Made by a program: the position numbers and the translations under genes. 64,000 nucleotides of DNA from an uncultured Mycoplasmatota bacterium (GTDB taxonomy: Bacteria > Bacillota_I > Bacilli_A > RF39 > UBA660): NCBI GenBank assembly GCA_947652325.1, contig CANTCQ010000007.1, positions 3,160-67,159 on the forward strand, written 5' to 3'. Under the pieces are notes generated by a model, which worked only from the letters and a program-made list of their open reading frames with translations, made no database searches and was not told the origin of the DNA. Below are positions 1 through 8,819 of the stretch, in pieces; position 1 is the stretch's first letter, and every line of letters begins with the position of its first letter.

Positions 1-1056
1 TTTATAAACATCCAAAATTAAATGTACAACGGATGCAAATTCACTTTCAATTTGTTCTGGCGTTACGAATAAATGGGCATCGTTTTGACAAAAGCTTCTT
101 ACCCTTTCTATTCCTTTTAACGCTCCACTTGCTTCATATCGACAATCTCTTGCAATTTCTCCTATACGAATCGGTAAATCACGATAAGAATGAATACTAT
201 CGGCATAAATCATCATATGGTGTGGGCAGTTCATAGGTCTTAAAACAAACTCTTCTCCTTCTACCTCCATTTTTGGAAACATACTTTCTTGGTAGTGGTC
301 CCAATGCCCACTTGTTTTATAAAGCTCAACATTTCCAAGTGGCGGTGTTAATACATGCTTATACCCAAGTTTTCTTTCTTTTCCTTTGATATAATTTTCA
401 AGTGTTTCCCAAACAATATACCCATTTGGTAAATACATAGGAAGCCCTTTTCCAACCAAATCATTGGTTGTAAATATTCCTAATTCACGTCCAAGTTTAC
501 GATGGTCTCTATTTTTTGCTTCTTCTAATTCCTTTAAATAAATATTTAACTCTTCTTCTGTAGGAAAACATACACCATAAATACGTTGTAAAACTTTATT
601 ATTGACATCTCCCTTCCAGTAAGCTCCACTAAACTTAATTAATTTAAAGTTTTTACATTCCTTTACTGTATCAACATGAGGACCACGACAAAGGTCTGTA
701 AAATCTCCCTGCGTATAAGTAGAAATAATAGTATCTTCTTCATTCATTCTTTCAATTAAATCTAGTTTATAAGGGTCATCACAAAACTTGTCTATTGCCT
801 CATTCTTACTAATTTCATTACGAACTATTCTTTTACCATCTTTACTAATTTTTTTCATTTCTTTTGAAATAGCTTCAATGTCTTCTTCTGTTATAACTTT
901 ATCTCCTAAATCTACATCATAGTAAAATCCAGTTTCAATAACAGGACCAACCCAAAATTTGGCATCTTTCCATAAATGTTTAATCGCTTGAGCCATCATA
1001 TGTGCACAACTATGATTTAATTTATTTAAATATTCATCTTCTTTAAAATTTATCAT
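1..1056 (-). CDS. thrS: Threonyl-tRNA synthetase, 5' part. The CDS runs off the window edge. It starts at MINFKEDEYLNKLNHSCAHMMAQAIKHLW (editing N2 domain), with no intact TGS domain.
   Basis: Minus-strand translation from ATG at 1056 gives the HSxAHxxAQAIKxLW editing-domain motif and downstream class II aaRS-like sequence. The frame stays open to position 1. It is absent from the ORF track because it has no stop inside the window. Confidence 0.8.
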   Translation of the reverse strand, partial: MINFKEDEYLNKLNHSCAHMMAQAIKHLWKDAKFWVGPVIETGFYYDVDLGDKVITEEDIEAISKEMKKISKDGKRIVRNEISKNEAIDKFCDDPYKLDLIERMNEEDTIISTYTQGDFTDLCRGPHVDTVKECKNFKLIKFSGAYWKGDVNNKVLQRIYGVCFPTEEELNIYLKELEEAKNRDHRKLGRELGIFTTNDLVGKGLPMYLPNGYIVWETLENYIKGKERKLGYKHVLTPPLGNVELYKTSGHWDHYQESMFPKMEVEGEEFVLRPMNCPHHMMIYADSIHSYRDLPIRIGEIARDCRYEASGALKGIERVRSFCQNDAHLFVTPEQIESEFASVVHLILDVYK

Positions 1057-1203
1057 CTTTTTCTCTCCTCTTCTTTATTTTCTAACTCATCAATTATACT
1101 ATTTTCTACATCTTCCATTGTTTTTGTCTTTTCATAATAGGAACGTATTCTATTTCACCATCTGGGTATAACAAAATAAGTGCTTGATGTCGTAAATTTT
1201 TCA

Positions 1204-1430
1204 TGAATCCCCTTTCAAAAAACAAAAAAGCAAGCCAAGCTCTAAGGAGCAAAGACTTGCGGTACCATCCTTTATTTTACTTAATTTTAGATAACGGCTT
1301 ATACCGGGGAGTATTAGTCCCTCTAGAAAGTAGTAATATTATAAATCACTTATTCATTCACACCAACCATGAACTCTCTTTAAAATGATTTCATAATACC
1401 TTGTCTTCCTTTAACGATTTCTACTTGAAG
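1204..1430 (-). ncRNA. T-box riboswitch leader upstream of thrS: promoter, stem I region, T-box motif and terminator.
   Basis: Minus strand carries AATAAAGGATGGTACCGCAAG, matching the T-box consensus AAnnnGGGTGGTACCGCG (plus 1259..1270 gcggtaccatcc). This is followed by a GC-rich hairpin plus a U-run (plus ~1225-1260). A sigmaA-like -35 TTGACA (plus 1452-1457) and -10 TAAACT lie upstream. Confidence 0.6.
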
Positions 1431-1490
1431 TTTAGCACTTTCTCTATTCATTGTCAAATTTTTTCTATAGCGACAATTTATAAAATTTCA

Positions 1491-3602
1491 TTATTTTTCT
1501 TTTACAAAAATCATAAAAGAATTTTCTTGGCAATCTACAACTAAAGTATCATTAAATTTCACTTTATCTTCCAAAATTAAATTGGCAAGTAAATTTTCTA
1601 CATTTTTGGTTACATACCTTTTAATGGGACGTGCTCCGTAATTTTTATCATAAGATTCTTCTATAATTTTTTCTCGAGCAGGATTAGTAAGTTCAACATG
1701 AATATTACTTGGCACCAGACGTACCTCGATTTCTGAAATAATCTTATCCAAAATATCATTTACAACTTCTTTTGTAAGAGATTTAAAAATAATGATTTCG
1801 TCAATTCGATTAATAAATTCAGGTCGAAATGTTCTTTTTAGTTCATCCATAACCAAATTTTCACTATTTTTTTGCTCTTCTAAAATGTATTCACTACCTA
1901 AATTGCTTGTCATTATAATAATAGTATTTTTAAAATCAACTACTCTACCTTGACTATCTGTAATTCTTCCATCATCTAAAATTTGTAATAAAATATTGAA
2001 TACATCACGATGTGCTTTTTCGATTTCATCAAATAAAACAATCGAAAATGGATTTCTTCTTACGGCTTCGGTTAGTTGCCCCCCTTCATCATATCCAACA
2101 TATCCTGGAGGAGCTCCTACTAAGCGGCTAACATTAAACGATTCCATGTATTCTGAGCAATCAATCCTTACCATATGTCTTTCATCATCAAATAATTCAT
2201 TGGCTAAGCTTTTTGCAACTTCCGTCTTACCTACTCCAGTAGGTCCTAAAAAAATGAAGGAACCAATAGGGCGATTTGGGTCTTTAATGCCACTTCTTGC
2301 TCTTTTAATTGCTTCTGAAACAAGTGTTAAAGCTTCATCTTGTCCTTTAACACGTACTTTTAAACGTTCTTCCAAATGGAGCAACTTTTCTTTTTCACCA
2401 CTTACCAATTTAGAAACAGGAATATTGGTCCATTTTGATACAGTAGATGCTATATCTTCATCACTTACAATGTCAGAAAGCATTGAACTTGTCATATTCT
2501 TTCTTAAACTTTCCAATTCACGCTCTAAGTCTGGAATCACTCCATGACGCAATTTCGCACTTGTCTCCAAATCATAATTATTTTCAGCCATCGATAATTT
2601 GTGGCGAGCATTTTCTAATTCTTCTTTTTTATTACTTATTTTCTCATTAACACTTTTTTCTTCTTCCCATTTTCCTCGAAGCTCACTCTCTTTTGTTTTT
2701 AAGATTTCTAATTCTTCTTTAATTTTTTCAAGTCGTTGTTTTGATAATTCATCACGCTCTTTTTTTAATGCTTCTCGTTCAATTTCCAAACGCATAATGT
2801 CTCTAGTTAAACTATCTAGTTCTACTGGCACAGAATCCATTTGCATCTTAATTGTAGCACATGCTTCATCGACCAAATCAATTGCTTTATCTGGTAAAAA
2901 ACGGTCTGTTATATAACGGTCACTAAGTGTTGCTGCAGCAACTAAAGCATTGTCTTTAATATTTACTTTATGATATACTTCAAATCTTTCTTTTAATCCT
3001 CTTAAAATTGTAATGGTATCCATTACATTTGGTTCACTCACCTTCACTTTTTGCAAACGTCTTTCAAGTGCTCCATCTTTTTCAATATACTTACGATATT
3101 CATTTAAAGTAGTCGCACCAATTAATTTAATTTCTCCACGTGCCAGCATGGGTTTTAACATATTACCAGCATCCATGGCACCATTTTCTCCTGCACCCAC
3201 TATCATATGAATTTCATCGATAAACATAATAATGTCTCCATTACTCTCTTTTACAGTTTTTAAAACGGATTTTAATCTCTCTTCAAATTCTCCACGATAT
3301 TTCGCTCCAGCAACGAGTGCTCCCATATCAAGCTCCCAAATTTTCTTATTCTTTAAACTATTAGGAACATCACCAGCTACAATCCGTTCTGCAAGACCCT
3401 CTACAATTGCAGTCTTTCCAACACCAGGTTCTCCAATCAATACGGGATTATTTTTTGTTTTTCGAGACAAAATACGAATAACATCTCGTATTTCAGAATC
3501 CCTCCCAATAACAGGGTCTAATTTATTATCTAAAACACTTTGTACTATATCACGACCATATTTTTCAAGCACATTTTCTACTTCTTCTTGATTATTATAC
3601 AT
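1491..3602 (-). CDS. clpB: ClpB-type AAA+ disaggregase that lacks the N-terminal substrate domain. NBD1, the coiled-coil M-domain and NBD2 are present.
   Basis: Two Walker A motifs ([16 protein letters not shown]), a long coiled-coil middle domain and a C-terminal D2 small domain. The likely start is MYNNQEE at 3602, preceded by GGAGGG. The ORF-track start at 3653 would lie inside the promoter. Confidence 0.85.
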   Translation of the reverse strand: MYNNQEEVENVLEKYGRDIVQSVLDNKLDPVIGRDSEIRDVIRILSRKTKNNPVLIGEPGVGKTAIVEGLAERIVAGDVPNSLKNKKIWELDMGALVAGAKYRGEFEERLKSVLKTVKESNGDIIMFIDEIHMIVGAGENGAMDAGNMLKPMLARGEIKLIGATTLNEYRKYIEKDGALERRLQKVKVSEPNVMDTITILRGLKERFEVYHKVNIKDNALVAAATLSDRYITDRFLPDKAIDLVDEACATIKMQMDSVPVELDSLTRDIMRLEIEREALKKERDELSKQRLEKIKEELEILKTKESELRGKWEEEKSVNEKISNKKEELENARHKLSMAENNYDLETSAKLRHGVIPDLERELESLRKNMTSSMLSDIVSDEDIASTVSKWTNIPVSKLVSGEKEKLLHLEERLKVRVKGQDEALTLVSEAIKRARSGIKDPNRPIGSFIFLGPTGVGKTEVAKSLANELFDDERHMVRIDCSEYMESFNVSRLVGAPPGYVGYDEGGQLTEAVRRNPFSIVLFDEIEKAHRDVFNILLQILDDGRITDSQGRVVDFKNTIIIMTSNLGSEYILEEQKNSENLVMDELKRTFRPEFINRIDEIIIFKSLTKEVVNDILDKIISEIEVRLVPSNIHVELTNPAREKIIEESYDKNYGARPIKRYVTKNVENLLANLILEDKVKFNDTLVVDCQENSFMIFVKEK

Positions 3603-3639
3603 ATATATCCCTCCATTCATCTTTAATATACGCCTTTTA

Positions 3640-3666
3640 TTGGCACTTGTCAATAATGAGTGCTAA
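3640..3666 (-). promoter_or_regulatory. CIRCE-like inverted repeat (HrcA operator) overlapping the clpB promoter.
   Basis: Minus strand TTAGCACTC-N9-AAGTGCCAA versus the CIRCE consensus TTAGCACTC-N9-GAGTGCTAA (left arm 9/9, right arm 7/9). It overlaps -35 TTGACA with -10 TATATT. Confidence 0.55.
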
Positions 3667-3699
3667 CAAAATAAAAAAAGGACAAAATCCTTTCTTATA

Positions 3700-5241
3700 T
3701 CACATATACAAATAATTAGCCTTTTTTCCAAGTCCTGGCATCGTTAAAATTTCACCAAAATAAACAGTTATAAAACCAGCTCCTTGAAATAATTTAATAT
3801 TTTTTACTGTCATTATAAAATCTTTTGGATAACCTAAAACTTGTGCATCATCCGTTATAGAATACTGTGTTTTTGCAACACAAATAGGAAGTGAAATATT
3901 TCGATATTTTTCCAATTTTTCTAAAATTTCTTTTGAATAGACAATTTCTTTTGCTCCATAATGTACTTTACAAAATTTTTCAATTTTTGTTTTTAAATCT
4001 TCTTTCACATCGTAAGAATATATTATTTCTTTTGGCTTATATTTGGCAAGTTCTGTCACTTTTTGGGCCGCTTCTAAACTTCCACAGCTTCCCTCTAAAT
4101 AGCCAGTACTGACACTAAATAAAATGCCTAATTCTTTTACGTACTTCTCTATAAAAGAAATCTCCTCTTTTGAATCTGTTTCATGTTTATTCAAGACCAC
4201 TATTAAATTATTGGTATATTTTCGCATATTTTCAATATGATAATATAAATTTTTAATACCTTTTTCTAAACTTTCTTCTCCATTGTGTTTCAAACTCTGC
4301 ACTGTGGTATTTAAAACAACCACATCTGGAATGAATTCTTTATCTACACGTGTTATAATATCATAAAATTTTAAAGCCCCCATGTCACTTCCAAAACCAG
4401 CTTCCACAATCGTATAATCGTAATGTTCTACTGCATAAATTGTTGAAATAATACTATTTGTTCCATGCGCAATATTAGCAAATGGGCCTCCATGTACTAT
4501 TGCAAGATTTTGTTCTTTTGTAGAAACAATATTAGGTTTTATCGCATCTTTTAACAGTAAAAATAAGGCATTTATACACTTTAAATCTTTTGCGTAAACT
4601 GGCTTATTTTCATAGGTATAAGCAACAACAATATTTCCAATTCGCATACGCAAATCTTCTTCATCTTTGCTCATACATAAAAGCGCCATAAATTCCGAAG
4701 CTGTACTAATATTAAAATGCGTAACTACTCCATTAATCACAACATTTCGCAAACTTCTATCGTTTAAATCTATACACCGTTCATGACAAATCTTTGTAGG
4801 GTCAATCTGTAATTCGTTTCCTTGAAAAATGTGATTATCTAGTATAGCTGCTAGTAAATTATTCGCTGAAGTAATCGCATGAATATCTCCTGTAAAATGT
4901 AAATTTATTTCCATTTCTGGTTCAATAGAAGCACATCCTCCTCCTGTAGCTCCTCCCTTCATTCCAAAAACGGGTCCTAAAGATGGTTCTCTTAATACAA
5001 CTACACTACGCTTATTTAGTTTTCGAAGGGCATCATTCAAACTAATAGCTAACGTAGTTTTTCCTTCACCATACTTTGTAGGACTAGTTGAAGTAACCAA
5101 AATAAGTTTTCCTCGCTTATTTTCTTTTTTTGAAATATCTTTTATTTTGGCTATTTCATTTCCATAAAATATAAAATCATTTTCTACAAATCCATCTCTA
5201 TGTAGGATTTCTCTTACATTGTTTGCTTTAATCTCCTCTTT
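3700..5241 (-). CDS. fhs: Formate--tetrahydrofolate ligase. The frame is open and homologous up to 5241, but no canonical start codon lies upstream of the TTG at 5100.
   Basis: TSPTKYGEGKTT P-loop typical of Fhs. The conserved N-terminal region (KEEIKANNVREILHRDGF..YGNEIAKI) is in-frame directly after a TAG at 5242-5244. Confidence 0.8.
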   Translation of the reverse strand, partial: KEEIKANNVREILHRDGFVENDFIFYGNEIAKIKDISKKENKRGKLILVTSTSPTKYGEGKTTLAISLNDALRKLNKRSVVVLREPSLGPVFGMKGGATGGGCASIEPEMEINLHFTGDIHAITSANNLLAAILDNHIFQGNELQIDPTKICHERCIDLNDRSLRNVVINGVVTHFNISTASEFMALLCMSKDEEDLRMRIGNIVVAYTYENKPVYAKDLKCINALFLLLKDAIKPNIVSTKEQNLAIVHGGPFANIAHGTNSIISTIYAVEHYDYTIVEAGFGSDMGALKFYDIITRVDKEFIPDVVVLNTTVQSLKHNGEESLEKGIKNLYYHIENMRKYTNNLIVVLNKHETDSKEEISFIEKYVKELGILFSVSTGYLEGSCGSLEAAQKVTELAKYKPKEIIYSYDVKEDLKTKIEKFCKVHYGAKEIVYSKEILEKLEKYRNISLPICVAKTQYSITDDAQVLGYPKDFIMTVKNIKLFQGAGFITVYFGEILTMPGLGKKANYLYM

Positions 5242-5248
5242 CTATTAC

Positions 5249-6556
5249 TTAAAATGGCATTTTCATGTTTCCAGAACTTACCATTTTCATCATTTTTTTC
5301 ATTTCTTCAAACTGTTTTAACAGTTTGTTTACCTCTTCAACACTTCTTCCACTTCCTTTTGCAATCCTTTGTTTTCGAGTAGCTTTTAATATTTCTGGAT
5401 GATGTCTTTCATAAGGAGTCATAGATAAAATGATGGCTTCTACATGGGCCATATCTTTTGGATTAATGTTGACATTATTGATTCCTAGTTTTCTCGCTTG
5501 AGGAAGCATTTTTAAAATATTTTCTAAAGGACCTAACTTTTTAATTTGTTTTAAAGTAGCTAAAAAATCTTCTAAATCAAATGTTCCTTTTTTCATTTTT
5601 TTAGCTGTATCCAAAGCTTCTTCTTCACTTATAATATCGTTAACTTTGTCTGCAATGGATAAAATATCACCCATATCTAAGATTCGGTTGGCCATCCGCT
5701 CTGGAAAAAATTCTGATAAGCCATCTAACTTTTCACTATCCCCAACAAACTTAATAGGAATATTGGTTAAATGTCTAACCGATAAAGCCACTCCCCCTTT
5801 TGTATTTCCATCTAATTTGGTAAGAATGGTTCCTGTTAAAGAAAGAGCTTCATTAAATCCATTGATGACATTTATTGCATCTTGTCCCATCATGGCATCA
5901 ATGACAAGTAAAGTTTCATGAGGATTAATTGTACTTGAAATATCTTTTAACTCTTGCATCAACGCTACATCAATTTGTAAACGACCTGCTGTATCAATGA
6001 TAATATAATCATGTTTTTTTTCTTTAGCAAAATCTAGAGCATCCAAAACAATTTGAACGGGAGCAATTTTTCCTTCTGTAAAAACTGTAATTCCTAAGCT
6101 TTTTCCAATCGTTTCCAACTGTTCTATGGCTGCAGGTCTATATATATCGCAAGCGACAAGAAGTGGATTCTTTGCTTGTTTCTTTCTTAAAAAATTAGCA
6201 AGCTTTCCGGCAGTTGTTGTCTTACCACTTCCTTGTAATCCTACAAGCATTAAAATTGTGGGGTTTTTACTTGTCTCAAGTGGCACAAAGTCTCCACCTA
6301 GTAAGCTTACAAGTTCATCTTTTACTAGTTTTATAAATAACTCATCTGGTTTTAAACTTTTTCCTACTTCTGCTCCTATTGCTTTTTCTTTAATACTTGC
6401 AATGAATTCTTTTACCACAACATAATTAACATCCGCTTCCAATAGAGCCATTCTTATCTCACGTAGAGCATCACTAATATTTTCTTCCGTAATACGACCC
6501 ATTCCTCGAATATTTTTAATAGCATTTGAAAGTCTATCTCCCATGTATTCGAACAT
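5249..6556 (-). CDS. ffh: Signal recognition particle protein Ffh.
   Basis: GLQGSGKTTT SRP54 GTPase motifs and a Met-rich C-terminal M-domain. Confidence 0.95.
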   Translation of the reverse strand: MFEYMGDRLSNAIKNIRGMGRITEENISDALREIRMALLEADVNYVVVKEFIASIKEKAIGAEVGKSLKPDELFIKLVKDELVSLLGGDFVPLETSKNPTILMLVGLQGSGKTTTAGKLANFLRKKQAKNPLLVACDIYRPAAIEQLETIGKSLGITVFTEGKIAPVQIVLDALDFAKEKKHDYIIIDTAGRLQIDVALMQELKDISSTINPHETLLVIDAMMGQDAINVINGFNEALSLTGTILTKLDGNTKGGVALSVRHLTNIPIKFVGDSEKLDGLSEFFPERMANRILDMGDILSIADKVNDIISEEEALDTAKKMKKGTFDLEDFLATLKQIKKLGPLENILKMLPQARKLGINNVNINPKDMAHVEAIILSMTPYERHHPEILKATRKQRIAKGSGRSVEEVNKLLKQFEEMKKMMKMVSSGNMKMPF

Positions 6557-6688
6557 AGCAACATCACCTTTTCTATTCGTTATTATACCATGTTTTCCTA
6601 TATTTTGGATATAAACAACAAAATCTACTATTCTTTTTGCTGATATCGTTTTATCAAAAAAATATTTTAATAATAAGCAATTAGTAGT

Positions 6689-6823
6689 GATGAAAGAAGC
6701 AATAATAGACTATAGAGCTTCACTGCATAAAGAACCTAGAAATATTTATGGAAAATTAATATCATCTGCTGATAGAAATATAGATGTTACGGAATTATTA
6801 AAAAGAATTTTATATTTATAGTA
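6689..6823 (+). other. Short unlisted ORF (~44 aa, MKEAIIDYRASLHKEPRNIYGKLISSADRNIDVTELLKRILYL) in the ylxM-ffh spacer. It may be a gene remnant.
   Basis: ATG-initiated ORF in a 400-bp non-coding gap with no convincing RBS. Confidence 0.15.
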
Positions 6824-6957
6824 TTACACGTTTTAATAAACACAGCGTTGAAGAAACGATTGAGGAATGTTATGTGTATACACTAAAGAGATGACAAGGA
6901 TTATAAAACAGAAAATTTTTAATACTATATTTATAGTATTTTTTTGTTCATTATAAT

Positions 6958-7269
6958 TTAATCATGATTTAAAATTTTTAGAATTTTTTCTTTCAAACTT
7001 TCATCCGAAATTTTTGAAATCATTTTTTTTAAAGCTTGTTCTTTTTTTAAAAATCTTAGCTTTTCTTCATACTCTTGTAGTTTTTTGGTAAGGGTTGCAA
7101 TAGCACTTCCTACTGCGCTTTTACTAATCCTACGTATTTCTGCAATCTCTTGTAAAGACAAATCTTCTTCATAAAACAAACGATAAATTTCTTGTTCTCG
7201 TTCATTTAATAAATTACCATATAAATCAAACAAAGCATTATAATAAATATATTCTTCGGTACGATTCAT
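6958..7269 (-). CDS. ylxM: YlxM/UPF0122 putative DNA-binding protein (SRP operon helper).
   Basis: Sigma-70 region-4-like HTH. Conserved ftsY-ylxM-ffh arrangement. Confidence 0.85.
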   Translation of the reverse strand: MNRTEEYIYYNALFDLYGNLLNEREQEIYRLFYEEDLSLQEIAEIRRISKSAVGSAIATLTKKLQEYEEKLRFLKKEQALKKMISKISDESLKEKILKILNHD

Positions 7270-8255
7270 TACATCATGTCCTTAAATAAGCCATAAATAT
7301 ATTCTTCAATATCAAAAGTTTGTAAGTCTTCCATTCCTTCTCCTAGCCCTACAAATTTAACCGGAATATTTACTGTTTCTTTTATAGCGAGTACAATTCC
7401 ACCCTTAGCTGTTCCATCTAATTTGGTTAAAACAATTCCTGTAATCTTGGTAATTTCTTTAAAACTTTGGGCTTGCATAATCCCATTTTGACCAGTGGAA
7501 GCATCCATTACTAAAAGCGTTTCATGAGGAGCACCAGGAATGATACGGTCAATGACTTTGTTCATTTTTTCAAGTTCTTTCATTAAATTCACTTTATTTT
7601 GAAGTCTTCCTGCTGTATCAATTAAAACAATATCTGCGTTTTGTTGTTTGGCCATTTCCAATCCATCAAAAATGACTCCTGCTGGGTCTATATTGTCGCA
7701 TCCATAAAACAATGATTCTGTTTTATTTGCCCATATTTTTAATTGTTCTACTGCTCCAGCCCGAAAAGTATCTGCTGCTATTAGCATAACTTTCTTTCCT
7801 TCTTTTTTATACTTATAAGCAAGCTTAGCAATAGTGGTTGTTTTTCCAACACCATTTACTCCAACCATTAAAATAATCGTTGGACTATTTTCCACTATAT
7901 TAATTTTTGTAGTCAAAGACTCATTATTTACATAAATAATAAAAAGTTCATCAACTATCACTTCATTTAAATCTTTTGTATTTTCAATTCTTTCTTTTTT
8001 TACTCTCTGTTTTAATCGCTCTAAAAAAGAAAAAACAGTACTAACACCAATATCAGCGGAAATCAATAAGTCTTCTAGTTCTTCGAAATAAGCGTCATTT
8101 ATACGTGTATATTTAATTCCTAACCTGCTTAATTTAGAAACAAACTCTTCTCTTGTTTTTTTTAAACCCACATCATATAATGCTTCTTTTACTTGTTGCT
8201 CTTCTGTTTGTGGTTTATTACGTACTATTTTTTTTAATTTATCAAATAATCCCAT
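7269..8255 (-). CDS. ftsY: SRP receptor FtsY.
   Basis: GVNGVGKTTT, DTAGR and TKLDG motifs of SRP GTPases. Confidence 0.95.
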   Translation of the reverse strand: MGLFDKLKKIVRNKPQTEEQQVKEALYDVGLKKTREEFVSKLSRLGIKYTRINDAYFEELEDLLISADIGVSTVFSFLERLKQRVKKERIENTKDLNEVIVDELFIIYVNNESLTTKINIVENSPTIILMVGVNGVGKTTTIAKLAYKYKKEGKKVMLIAADTFRAGAVEQLKIWANKTESLFYGCDNIDPAGVIFDGLEMAKQQNADIVLIDTAGRLQNKVNLMKELEKMNKVIDRIIPGAPHETLLVMDASTGQNGIMQAQSFKEITKITGIVLTKLDGTAKGGIVLAIKETVNIPVKFVGLGEGMEDLQTFDIEEYIYGLFKDMM

Positions 8256-8270
8256 TTTCTTTTTTCCTTT

Positions 8271-8714
8271 CTAATTCGTGCAAGCCGAATCACTTGCATA
8301 TGTTTTATATTCACTATTGCCATAAGTGTCTGTATACCGATAAACTACCACCGTATCACTATTGTTACAATATTCATGGTTATCTTCAAATAAACCGGCC
8401 TCTTTTAGGGTGTCTACTCTAATTTTTGTAAGACAGGAAGCATTTGCAGCATCATTTATATGGCTCGTATTCTTATTTTCATAAAGTTCTTTTGAAAAGG
8501 AAACACTACATTTTGTTAAATGAGCATTAGTAAAAGAATAAGTAAGTGCAGCTTCTTTAAGACTCTCTCGCATTTCAAAAGCTGTTTGTTCTTTGGTATT
8601 TCGAATAATTCGGAATACACTTCTACTCGCTAGTGTAATGACAACTGCAAGGATAACCACTACTGCTAAAAGTTCTACCAAAGTAAACCCACTATTTTTC
8701 TTTTTCATTTTCAT
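8271..8714 (-). CDS. Type IV pilin-like protein (class III signal peptide, prepilin N-terminus).
   Basis: MKMKKKNSG/FTLVELLAVVVILAV matches the prepilin peptidase motif G/FTLxE plus a hydrophobic helix. It lies 15 bp upstream of ftsY. Confidence 0.7.
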   Translation of the reverse strand: MKMKKKNSGFTLVELLAVVVILAVVITLASRSVFRIIRNTKEQTAFEMRESLKEAALTYSFTNAHLTKCSVSFSKELYENKNTSHINDAANASCLTKIRVDTLKEAGLFEDNHEYCNNSDTVVVYRYTDTYGNSEYKTYASDSACTN

Positions 8715-8819
8715 CACCATAGAAAAAGTATACCACACAACAGTAGACAAGAAAATAAATTTGCGTTATAATGTGAAAGAAGAAAAAAACTTTATTTTTT
8801 ATTTGAAAGGAAATGAATA

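Noticed and set aside
33-236. 67-aa plus-strand ORF at the window start.
   Set aside because: It lies antisense inside the thrS coding region. No RBS, with Leu/Phe-rich AT-bias composition.
1203-1388. 61-aa plus-strand ORF.
   Set aside because: It overlaps the minus-strand T-box leader and terminator of thrS, so it is not coding.
1996-3591. Several plus-strand ORFs (183, 67, 105, 65 and 119 aa) inside clpB.
   Set aside because: Antisense to a well-supported clpB, with Ser-rich composition typical of the antisense frame.
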